Source: Trichoplax adhaerens
Taxonomy: Eukaryota > Animalia > Placozoa
DNA: 64,000 nucleotides
Direction of reading: 5' to 3'
NCBI RefSeq assembly: GCF_000150275.1
Contig: NW_002060949.1
Location: 2,167,836 to 2,231,835, forward strand
In this document: positions 1 through 10,366 of the stretch, one piece after another
How positions within the stretch are numbered: position 1 is the stretch's first letter
Layout: each line of letters begins with the position of its first letter
Position numbers and translations under genes: made by a program
Notes under the pieces: model-generated
Database searches by the model: none
What the model was told of the DNA's origin: nothing
The model's input: the letters and a program-made list of their open reading frames with translations, nothing else

Positions 1-270
1 ACCACGTAGTGACGTTAATATTCTGTATATCTACATTTCAGCTAGGTCTAGAATGCTACAATTCATTTTTATCATATATTACAATGTAGAAGTATACAGG
101 TATCAAACTTTATAAACATGGAAATTAAAACACAGAAGGGTACTTCGACTAAATATTAGCGATCTACTCTATTACTGCAAACATTAGTGTCGTAAATACT
201 ATATATTGAACGTATATGAGATGAAAAGTTGACCAAAAGCGCGAGTCATAGTGCCCAAGAATTGATAATA

Positions 271-347
271 TAAACTACAGTAGTCATCGGTTATACATTT
301 TGCCAATATCAAATGGATTTCAAATGTACAACTTCATTGGTAGTTTA
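271..347 (-). promoter_or_regulatory. SECIS element (form 2) in the 3' UTR of the PRXL2C-like gene
   Basis: Minus strand reads TAAACTAC-ca-ATGAA-GTTGTACATTT-gAAAtCCAtttgatatTGGca-AAATGTATAAC-CGAT-gactact-GTAGTTTA. It has an 8-bp helix I, an AUGA (337-334) / GA (288-287) core, an 11-bp helix II with one G-U pair, unpaired AAA and a CCA/TGG apical ministem. It begins about 80 nt after the TAA stop. Confidence 0.92.
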
Positions 348-426
348 TCATTAACAACACATGAGCGTCCGCTTTAGGCAACAATAATCAAGTGCTGTAA
401 GAGCAGTAAACTCAGTCTTTGATCGA

Positions 427-3400
427 TTAATGTTTTTTAAATTCAACATTTGCTACATCGGCCATACTGAGTAATTTGTTAATTGGGGTGTGATCAAATG
501 TACCGCCATCAATATGGAGGTATTTCAAAACATTACCTGAAATAGTAGAAAGATCCGCATCATGAACATAGCAATTTGTCAATTTTACTCTAAGATGATA
601 CATGATCGATACTATAGCTCACAATTAAAATTACGGTGGCATAGTTACGAACAATTGTTGAAAGAATTAATACAAATTCAACCTACCAGGTCCAACTATA
701 AGTTGTCCACCTTGCTGCTTAACATCACCTTGAGAACTCATTGATTTCATAGTTCGCCATAACGAATTTGCTAAGCCTGATGCAACAGATGATCTGACAT
801 GTTCTGATCCTATTGTCAAGATCAATTTCTTATTCGTCTATTTTATAACCCATATCTATGCTATTAGGCTACTTAAGGTTTACTGGCTATCAATTGATGG
901 TTCACTTTGGTATTTTATTACCTGATGCTCCAGTAGAGAGAGTTCTTATCATGCCTAGTTTGGAATAGACGGTCGTCTGTGGATCGCTGTACATATCATG
1001 CTGATAGCCAGTTACCTTACGAAAGTTCTAGTTATTGTAGAAAAAATACGTGATAGCTTATCAAATTTGAGCCGTTCGTGAACAATTTGTACAAATTGAG
1101 TTACAGTATTACAAGAGCATAAGTTTAGAGGTGTTATTGATCAATCACCTTGATGAAAGTGTGTTTGGCACATCCAATCACAGCAAGTCGAACGTTGGCT
1201 TTCTATAGTAATGATAATATAATCTTTAGAGAAGCGAAGTTTGTTGCAATGTTCATAGGTAGCACAAGGCTTTCATTGGAACAGTAGCTCATGGTATGGA
1301 TGAGGAAGAAGCAACTGTTTTACGTTCCCCACGCTGATTAGTACACACAATACCAATTTACAAGCAATCTTTCGATCAATTGGTGGATAGTATTATCAAA
1401 AACACTTTCGATCTATTTCATGATAATCTACTTGTATCATTCATTTGTGATAAATGTGTTTGTTAGTTAACTAATGACTAGGATAGTTAATCATTTTCTC
1501 TTATGCAACACTATGATGGTTTATACTTGTAAACACTAAAGTGTTGTATTCATTTAATTATTAGAATACAGGACTCGCGTAATAGACTAGAAGCAAATTT
1601 TGTACCTATCAAATATAGAATTTCAGTCGATACATAATCGTAAGAATAAATCAAAAATATTCTAATCAAGTATTTACACTCTATTGCCAATAACTGGATT
1701 ATGCAATATTAGTTTTACTAACCGCTAAAGATTCTTGCGGTATTTTAGCCAAATCTATTAATAAAAAAGAAGAAATAAAAATGTGATTTTAAATACCAAG
1801 AGAACATTGCAGTGCATTTATGAATACAGTCTTTGCAATCACGTATAATAACTGTTATTGTTGAATACGAGTGTACTGTATATGTTTCTTCGACGACGTA
1901 AAAAATACAATGATTTCTATGCAGTCATTGTTTATCATTGATGAAAATTAATTTAAAATTTAATGCTGTAAGAATTGATATTTTTTTAAAGACAAATTAA
2001 AGTTAACTAGGGGAACAAATGTGACGTTCCTTTTCTTATGATAAAGAATTTAAAAAAATGAATTAAGAAGAAGAAAAAATAATACGAATATACGTTCAAC
2101 TGTCAATGAGATCAATCAACAGCTAGATTTCACATTAATGAAATGCTGGTATAATGGATAATTAATGATCGTGATTAGTACTGTGTAACATAATTTATAA
2201 AACGTTTGCTAAGTTGGGACGATTGTACCATCAGAATATAATTTGAATTAGTACTCATTGTTGTATAAATTAATTAAGCAACGTATCTCACAAAAAGTGA
2301 TGACTAGACGCCTTATGAAGTTGAAAATGTATGTTTGTGAATGCATCAAGGCGTAATGTGAAAACATCGCAGCAATTACTATTGAGTAGAGACTAGAAAA
2401 TGATTCATAATCAGAAAAACAATGATTCCTCTATTTTTATATCATTTCAAGATTTACCTTCGACATATTCTTTGCATATGTATCAGAGGAAATGCTATCC
2501 ATGTTTTTTCATAGATATAGTCAAAAAGAAGTATATAGTTATAAAAGAAATTTTCAATCCAAAGTTCTGACATGTACAAAATTACATACAACCAAATGAA
2601 TACTTCAAGTTATTATATTATACTACAATATCTTTCCCATTTATCTTGCAGTACGTATTACAATTAGTTCCATTAACATTGATGTATTTGGTTTGTCGTT
2701 GGTTACATTACTGTACAGCACTTGAAAGGAAAGTGCTAAGAATTTAGGAATAGTACAACGAGATAACTACTGTATATTCTTAAAGTTGTTTGTGCCTGAG
2801 GATATCCCGGTAGTGGTTAACCCTAACTGTTGATGGAATTCTTTCTAGGTATCCTCCATGCTTATAAGGTTTCATTATACTGTACCGCAATATTATTATT
2901 TTATTAATGTACCGTAGAATATAGTGTACGTTGTATGATCGGTCTCTAGGTCAATAAGACTATCAAGGAAAAATATCGTAATTTTGCAGTGAAGAATTTT
3001 GAAAACCACAAGCACTCGTTCAACAATTATAATTCTTTATTAAGCGCCAACATGCTGCTGCACAGTATGCATAGTCCTGTTTTAACGATGAATGAATCAA
3101 TCAATACCGTGCACGCCTGCCGTTCTAACCCATGCCTAAAAGTGTATAATAATAAGCTTATGTACACGTAATACTGTACAGTGTACATGATATGCCTATT
3201 GGGTAGTAAAAGTATTCTTATTTTGGACTGGAAATGGCGATGTTGTCGATGGATGGGCGTATAGTCATGCAATAATGATCAGCAAATGCATCGTTGTCTT
3301 GTAAAGAAAACAAAGCCGCTTTGTGCTTAATCATCCATCTCTTTTTCACATGATTTACTACGCATACCTACGATATACAGTCCTAATTATTAATATTAAA

Positions 3401-3639
3401 TTACTAGTTTATACTCAAAGAGGCTAAAAACGGCACTACTAATAGAAGGGTGGAAGTTGATCTCGGAATAAACTTACACGAACAAAAACGATGATCGTTT
3501 TTTGATTCTTGTAAAGATCTCCAAAGTTGAGGGTAGCGCCATTTTCGTCAAATACTTGCAATCCATCCAGATCAGACCATTGCAATTCCTTCTCGCTCAT
3601 GACATCGGTAGCTATCTGATTGGTGTCGACATCGGCCAT
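427..3639 (-). CDS. PRXL2C: Peroxiredoxin-like 2C / AAED1 (AhpC-TSA_2, thioredoxin fold) selenoprotein, 207 aa, Sec58 in a UxxC motif
   Basis: Seven GT-AG exons splice in phase: 3478-3639, 2458-2494, 1723-1754, 1149-1202, 922-1027, 687-809, 427-536 (624 nt). Translation: ...LYKNQKTIIVFVR|HFL(TGA)YICKEYVE|DLAKIPQESLA|KANVRLAVIGCAKHTFIK|NFRKVTGYQHDMYSDPQ...QGDVKQQGGQLIVGP|GNVLKYLHIDGGTFDHTPINKLL...*. This matches vertebrate AAED1 (HFLCYICKEYVEDLAKIP, QGDPAQQGG, DHKPIN). TGA at 2483-2485 replaces the first Cys. Confidence 0.93.
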
Positions 3640-4656
3640 TGCTGAAAATAGCTCAAACTGAGCCCAGTTCGATGTATTCGACTTGAAATAATTTCAATTT
3701 ATCGATTGGATCGCTAACGCTTTACCCAATCGATGTCGTCAAAATAATTTCTTACGCCGGTAGCGGGGCGAGATCTTCAAATGATGAAAACTTTGCCAGT
3801 ATCGCTCAATATGCTAGGTCTTGTATGACAGGGTAGTGTCCAATATAGTAGCCCATGTGTATAGAGTACTGTAACAGGCCATTGCCATTGGCGTGCAAAT
3901 GTATGGCTGTGTGGATGTCCAAATTAGTGTCACTCTCAATGGTAACGTCATCTCCATTTTCTTACCGCAATGGATGTTGGGATCATGATGGAGGTCAATC
4001 GAGGTGACCTCTGTACAGAAGTAGGCTACAATACAGTACACTGCTGTACTGTACACTGTAGACTGTACACTGTGTAGACGTCCTACTGCAGATTGATCTT
4101 GAGTTCTTTCATGTTAGTTAGGGATGTTATTGGTCTTCTTTTCTGGGAGTAATCATGCTCTGTTCACTACTGTACTGACAGGGACTACTGACAGGAAACG
4201 ACCACAGCGTAAAATCAATGTGCAAGCTTATCATTTTTTTATACCATGCTGCACAAAACCAAGCTAGCAGGCTAATAGCAGCTAATTTAGACGTCAATCG
4301 CAGACAGTATCGTGTACCATTATAGATGTGCGATACACTTGAAATAACCAGTGAAAGAATCAGCCTGTTAATCCCTGTTATTACACTCCCTCACAAAATG
4401 ATCCCTTGCGCATGCCCCGTGGAAGTCAATGGATTTTGCCGGGTGTAATTAAAAGCCTAGCTAGCATTTAAATTGACACTTCTGCCAAATTACAGAAGAG
4501 CGAAATCTGGACGTGATACAGTGGTTTTCAAGTAAACGGTTATAGAACAAGTTCAACGTCTTGAAAATGAAAGACGTGATACAGTTTTCAAGTTTACATG
4601 GTTTTCAACGTTACTTTTCAAGCGTCAATTTGATAGCTATGCTTTAATCATACCTA

Positions 4657-4931
4657 GAAAATCGATCGACTTGCACAGGGCATGCGCATAAGTTCATTTT
4701 GTGCAGCAGTGGATTATTAGTAATAGCGAACAAGCGGTTCCTGTCCATGCTACAGTATATGGTATACATATACAGTACTGTATATGTCATACCCCGAGAA
4801 ATCGATCGACCTGCACAGGGCATGCGCATAAGTTCATTTTGTGCGCAGTGGATTATTAGTAATAGCGAACAAGCGTTTCCGGTCCTTGGTACAGTATATA
4901 GTATACATATACTGTACAGTACTGTATGTGT
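4657..4931. repeat. Imperfect tandem duplication, 2 x ~140 bp
   Basis: ATCGATCGAC(T/C)TGCACAGGGCATGCGCATAAGTTCATTTTGTGC...GAACAAGCG... begins at 4661 and again at 4801. Confidence 0.95.
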
Positions 4932-4974
4932 ATTAGCGTATTGGGTTGAGAATCCTTTCTCTGTGTAGCAGTAT

Positions 4975-4998
4975 CTCCCTCTCTCTCTCTCTCTCTCT
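4975..4998. repeat. (CT)n microsatellite
   Basis: Near-perfect CT dinucleotide run. Confidence 0.85.
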
Positions 4999-5118
4999 TT
5001 TGTACCTGATAGACTTAGAGTAATAAAGTTCTCTTCTGTGAAACAGCTCTCTCTCGTCTCAGTTTAGAAGTAGAAGTAGACATATCATTACACTGATATC
5101 CGAAAACAAAAGAAATTG

Positions 5119-5154
5119 CACTGTACGTCACACTGTACGTCACACTATACGTCA
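5119..5154. repeat. 3 x 12-bp minisatellite CACT(G/A)TACGTCA
   Basis: Copies at 5119, 5131 and 5143, each with an ACGTCA CRE/ATF half-site. Confidence 0.9.
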
Positions 5155-6898
5155 GAGTACGTGGCGCGTATTTCAGTCCGTCAAAAACAAATGGCCGAAT
5201 TTAGAACATCTATTGGACGTTGCGTCAATTCGTCTTGCGCGAGTACTAAAAGTGTGTAAATTAACAAAATTTTGAAATATTGTCGGTGTGCAATAGTTAA
5301 CATCTCAGTTGAGAGGGGGTAAGCAATGATTCCAACAACTTTTGCTATTCTCCTATGGTCTACTGTACAGTCATCGGTAGTATCACTATAAAAGTCATAT
5401 CAAGTTTACTAAAATCGTACAAAAAAGAGAGATCTCTTCGCAATTTGATCAGTGTTATAAAAGTCTTTCATTGCACTGCTCTGTCATGGACTACAAGTCA
5501 TACTGGGATACTAATATTAAGATTGAAACTCAAATTTTTCATGTGCTCCACTGTATCTCTATGGCTAGCACATGATGAAAACGTCAACTTTTAAAATAAT
5601 TGCCATAGTTACATGTTTGCACAGGCTAAGATCAATATTGTAATTGAATATTCTCACAGGTGCAGGCAGGGACTACTCAATGACACCGCATCTAACAGTC
5701 CTTGGTGTAGGTAGATATCAATCAGTAATGAAATCAATCCTATTCCGTACGTGAGAAAAGACCTTTAGCACCTCGCTATAGCTGATATTGTAGAAATGGC
5801 ACTTGTGCTGTAGACCATAATAAAAATAATACTCCAGTATTATACAATCATAAATACGTAATTTTATTCTTATGTTATAAACATGAAAATGACCATGTTA
5901 CTTGCCTACAATCATCATCAAGTTGTGATGTAAGCTATAAATTATGGATATATACAGTACAGTATATATAGATATACACTACACTGCATACCAATAAACA
6001 TACAGTACAACAATATTGATGGATCATACTGTAATAAAGTACCATATCGATAAATTTGTAGTAGAATATTTATACTCTATCAAATATCCAAAACGTACAG
6101 TAGAATAATATTGTAGATAAAAATGATTATAGACAGTAGAATAATGATTAAAAGACATCTTGATCGATCTGTTTGAAAAATCAAAGTAGCATTGGAAACA
6201 AAGACCATGTAATTTGCATTGTACAAGCTGTAAATGGACGTATAGTAACTAAAAGTAAACTACGAGCTAATCTAAATATTCCATAAATAAAATGCTAAAT
6301 TTGGTGTCATGTAACAGATTGTGTCCATCCATGGTTACAGCTTGCTGAAATGAATTAGTAATGACAGTTTTCTATCTCTTGATGATTATACAACAAATGA
6401 ATCTAGGCCTTCAATTTGTAACGAAAATACGTATATCTCTAATAATAATTTATATCTTTAGAATAGCACAATAAGAGAATAGCAACAGCGATAAATCTTC
6501 ATTTTTTAACCTATCATTCAGAAATGATGAAAAATTTTTGCATTACAGTTACAACACAACGTTTTGATGACACAATTATGATCGCCGAATGACAAGCCTC
6601 AGACTTGGCTGTGCAATGTATGCAAATTATATATTGAATGCACAGTTGGGTGTGTGGATTCGGCTTATACCTTATAAAGAAAGAGGCCAATCTAATGCAA
6701 CAAGGATTTAGATTGTTTTTTGACGTTGTTTCCTACGATATTGCATATAAAATATAAACGTATATACTGTATATATATATATATATACATTAGGTGAGTA
6801 CACCTACATATAGAATATAACCGGATCAACTACATTATTACCCGTAGTTATTTTGTAACGTGATCAATAACCAGTAATAACTATCGTCTTAACTACTA

Positions 6899-9800
6899 TT
6901 ACACATAACTATCCGATTCATCATCTGAATCGGTATCATTAAAAGATGGAATTGTTGCAGCTTTTCCATCCTTCTCTTTTTCAACTGTTTGCGTGAACGG
7001 TACTTTTCCCTTATCCATATATTCACTCCATACTTGTAATATTCTCTCTAAAATGATAATATGCTGTCTAAAATCTTGCGTTAATGATTGCAATGGAATA
7101 GACCTATTTACTGACTTTGAATCAATACCATTGGTAGTATCTTTACTAGAACACATTAAAACTGGGCCAAAACAGATAGCCAAATTATGAAAACTCATTT
7201 TATTACTATCCTCGAACTTTCCAACACGAACTAAATGGTCCAAGATGAATGATAATGTTGAACGATTTGGTTCAGGTAATGAGTTCATTAAGTTTAAGAT
7301 AGTCGCGTCGCAATCTTTACTCTCTAAAATACATGGATTATCAAATAAAGTAGGATACAATTCATTGGTTAACAACGGCTCTGGTAATTCGCGTAAGTAA
7401 TCTTTCAAGACACCAGTCAAAACATTAATATCTGGATATCGTTCAATATCAGCTAAATTGACCGACATGGCATTAAATTCAAATTCTGTACGTAAAGTTT
7501 GCTTCCTTTTAGCTGATCCACATAAGCGGTATAAGCCAACAGTATCCATGCCACGCTCTTCAATAGCAGCTATACATTTTTGAACAATTTGAGGTACTTG
7601 ATTACCTTCACGTTGTGTTACCGCTGCTAAATCAACACCAAAAACTCCAGCAGTTCGTGCTGATGGGCGCCGCTGGAACGTTGATTCTTGTCCAACGAAA
7701 TTAAATTTAGCATAGATGACACCGAAAGGCTTAGTATGTAATGCCAATTGATGATTAGGACCATAAGTATGGATCAATTTAGCAAAGTTCACATTGCCGC
7801 TTACAAACAAGGATTTATTATGCAATCTTGTACTTTTACTATTGCCAACAAAGCACTTAAATGAGACATATTGACAACAATCTAAATCAATCTCGAACGA
7901 TTCATCCCATTCGAATAGAGTGGTGCCACGCTTACTATTAGTTTTAGCTTGAATTTCACCATCTACTTCAATAATGCAATAGACATCACGTTGTTTGCAA
8001 TTATTATTATTACCATTATCACTTGATGTCATATCTTTACCACATAACAGATTGACACTTAAACGACCTGATAATAAGGCTTCTTTACCATCCACTGATG
8101 GAGGGCTAACCCTTAATTCTTTGGCTTCACTAAAATGAGCAATAAAATCATGATCTAATTCATATTGTGTATAACTTGGACAGCGTTGCGATTTCTTATT
8201 ACTTGAGGTTGTATTGCTATTACCAGACATGCCCAGCATACCAGAGACATCCAATATTTGCTTACGTTGCGAGGATTTCGGGCTAGCAAACAACTTCTTT
8301 TTACTATATGTCGATTTTGTCTTTGTCGATGATGGCATATTATCGGATGGCATACTGGATGCTTGGGCTGCAACTAATCCCATGCCAACAATAGCTGAGA
8401 GCGATTTAGAACGATTACGTTTATTTGAGAACTTTTTCTTCCCTTTACCATTTAATACTGGTGTACCTACTGGTGGAGGGACACCTAGCAAATCAGTTGT
8501 ATTTTTAAATCGAAATCTTTTCTTCTCCTTTTTCGCTAGATTAGCACGAGCTATACCAGGCGTTAATGTCATTTTTTTGGTATCTAAGACAGGCTTATCA
8601 TTTTGACTATTGGGTATTTCATCATCGTCAGCGCTATAAGACCGTTCTCGTTGATCCGAAGATGGAGGATTTTCGATACTCATCGTTAAAGGAGATGGTA
8701 CGCCAATAGGTGACGGGCTTGAGCGATTAGATGGTGGTGTTTCTAATACAGGTGTTGATGCTCCTGAATCAGTACAATCGCTATCGATAGCGATGATAGG
8801 TAATGTAAGCTGTTTACGGATATTCAATTGCAATGACATTTTTTGAGCCAAGCTATTGGCCATTTTGCTGGAGTCATCTTCGTCTGAACTAATCGAAGTA
8901 TCTGGCCGCACTGAATCATCTGAACTTTGTATTGAACTATTATCAGCTTCAGATTGCGACGAAATAGTCATAACAATATCGTCATGATCGCGTTCTGATG
9001 TTGATTCTGAGTTTTGTCGAATAACTTGTTGATCCGGTAATGTAGCAGCTGGTAGTATTGGCGATGAATGGCGGCGATCTTCATTACATGGTAGCGATAA
9101 TAGCGAGTGAGCAATATTCTTGTCGGCTTGATTGATATCATCACCATGTCGACGTTGACTATCCGACTGACGGCTTCTCCAGGTTCGATTACTTTTTGGT
9201 GATGGTATAGAATCTTGTTGAGTATCTGAATCTTCATGATTGGAATTAGGATAAGAATCGGAATTATAATTATAATTTTCACTGGTTGAATCGTAGGATT
9301 CGGTAGCTGAAAAATACGAACTATCGTTCCCTGTTTGATAAAAGCGAGTGTTAACAGGTGAGATCATTGGAGTACGATTACTAGAATGATTTGTGCCACC
9401 ATAATCGATGATGGAACCTTCATTTAATATTTCTAGCGATGATGGTATACCTTTTCTAGATACAGGGAATTGATCAGAGCTTCGCCGATTATTTTTTGTA
9501 CGCGATGGAGCCAAGAGTTGGTTTGTTGTTGAACGATGATTGGACATGGATTGATGAGAATTATTATGACTTGATAGAAATGGTTGCTGAGGATCAGAAT
9601 GCCGATGTCGTTGTTGACGTGGATAATGATTATGATTGCTACCACTGTGATCTAATCCTTTCGATGATGATAATAATTGTTGCTGTTGATGATAACTTGT
9701 GTAGCGATTTGTTTCTAAATGCTGTGGGCGATTGATAAATTCAGTAGGCGAATTACGACATGATGTTGAAACTCGTCGTTTTAGTGTCAAGGATAATTTA

Positions 9801-10366
9801 GTTGGATTACGTAGTAAAACAACGACATCATCTAATGTCATGTCAGCAACACTGACATTATTAACATTGAGTAATTCATCGCCAATTTGAACTAAATTGT
9901 TCACATCGACAACACTACCTAGAGCAATTCTAGATACAAAGATTCCATCCAAACGATCGAATCCATCGCCATTACGGATATAAAAACCAATGGATACACC
10001 GGGTGTTTTCATTAATTCTACCCTACTAATACTATATGCTCCACTCTCATCGCGGATATGAGTAACCGACGTAATGTTATATGAATGCTCAGCGGCGCTT
10101 TCTTGGCCATTTTCATGCAATCCTGGATCCGCATGATGAAGTCGATTGATACTGTCATCGCTAATATCACTTGCACGTCTTTGCATAAATTTCTTAGCAA
10201 TATTTTTCTTGATCAGTTGACTATATTGCTTTTTAATACCGTTGCTTTTGCGAGGATTAGAAGGGCTATTAACTAAATTAGGATTGTCTTGCGGCCATAT
10301 TGCTTGATTATCATAAGTGTAGCCAGCTGGCACCGATTGTTGATTGACAAACTGTTTATCAGACAT
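6899..10366 (-). CDS. SYD1: Syd-1 / RhoGAP100F / SYDE-family Rho GTPase-activating protein (PDZ - low complexity - C2 - RhoGAP), 1155 aa, single coding exon
   Basis: PDZ (PGVSIGFYIRNGDGFDRLDGIFVSRIALGSVVDVNNLVQIGDELLNVNNV), C2 (LSGRLSVNLLCGKDM...DVYCIIEVDG...FEWDESFEIDL), RhoGAP (VFGVDL...VPQIVQKCIAAIEERGMDTVGLYRLCGS...LKDYLRELPEPLLT...NKMSFHNLAICFGPVL). An in-frame upstream TGA supports this ATG. Confidence 0.92.
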   Translation of the reverse strand: MSDKQFVNQQSVPAGYTYDNQAIWPQDNPNLVNSPSNPRKSNGIKKQYSQLIKKNIAKKFMQRRASDISDDSINRLHHADPGLHENGQESAAEHSYNITSVTHIRDESGAYSISRVELMKTPGVSIGFYIRNGDGFDRLDGIFVSRIALGSVVDVNNLVQIGDELLNVNNVSVADMTLDDVVVLLRNPTKLSLTLKRRVSTSCRNSPTEFINRPQHLETNRYTSYHQQQQLLSSSKGLDHSGSNHNHYPRQQRHRHSDPQQPFLSSHNNSHQSMSNHRSTTNQLLAPSRTKNNRRSSDQFPVSRKGIPSSLEILNEGSIIDYGGTNHSSNRTPMISPVNTRFYQTGNDSSYFSATESYDSTSENYNYNSDSYPNSNHEDSDTQQDSIPSPKSNRTWRSRQSDSQRRHGDDINQADKNIAHSLLSLPCNEDRRHSSPILPAATLPDQQVIRQNSESTSERDHDDIVMTISSQSEADNSSIQSSDDSVRPDTSISSDEDDSSKMANSLAQKMSLQLNIRKQLTLPIIAIDSDCTDSGASTPVLETPPSNRSSPSPIGVPSPLTMSIENPPSSDQRERSYSADDDEIPNSQNDKPVLDTKKMTLTPGIARANLAKKEKKRFRFKNTTDLLGVPPPVGTPVLNGKGKKKFSNKRNRSKSLSAIVGMGLVAAQASSMPSDNMPSSTKTKSTYSKKKLFASPKSSQRKQILDVSGMLGMSGNSNTTSSNKKSQRCPSYTQYELDHDFIAHFSEAKELRVSPPSVDGKEALLSGRLSVNLLCGKDMTSSDNGNNNNCKQRDVYCIIEVDGEIQAKTNSKRGTTLFEWDESFEIDLDCCQYVSFKCFVGNSKSTRLHNKSLFVSGNVNFAKLIHTYGPNHQLALHTKPFGVIYAKFNFVGQESTFQRRPSARTAGVFGVDLAAVTQREGNQVPQIVQKCIAAIEERGMDTVGLYRLCGSAKRKQTLRTEFEFNAMSVNLADIERYPDINVLTGVLKDYLRELPEPLLTNELYPTLFDNPCILESKDCDATILNLMNSLPEPNRSTLSFILDHLVRVGKFEDSNKMSFHNLAICFGPVLMCSSKDTTNGIDSKSVNRSIPLQSLTQDFRQHIIILERILQVWSEYMDKGKVPFTQTVEKEKDGKAATIPSFNDTDSDDESDSYV

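Noticed and set aside
2483-2485. Reading the in-frame TGA as a pseudogene nonsense mutation
   Set aside because: It falls exactly on the redox Cys, all downstream exons are intact, and a SECIS is present.
3814-4056. 80-aa minus-strand ORF in relatively GC-rich sequence upstream of the selenoprotein
   Set aside because: No recognisable motif, a non-ATG start inside a TACAG-rich tract, and no convincing splice link.
6993-10276. Short ORFs overlapping Syd-1 on either strand
   Set aside because: Shadow frames of the long coding exon.
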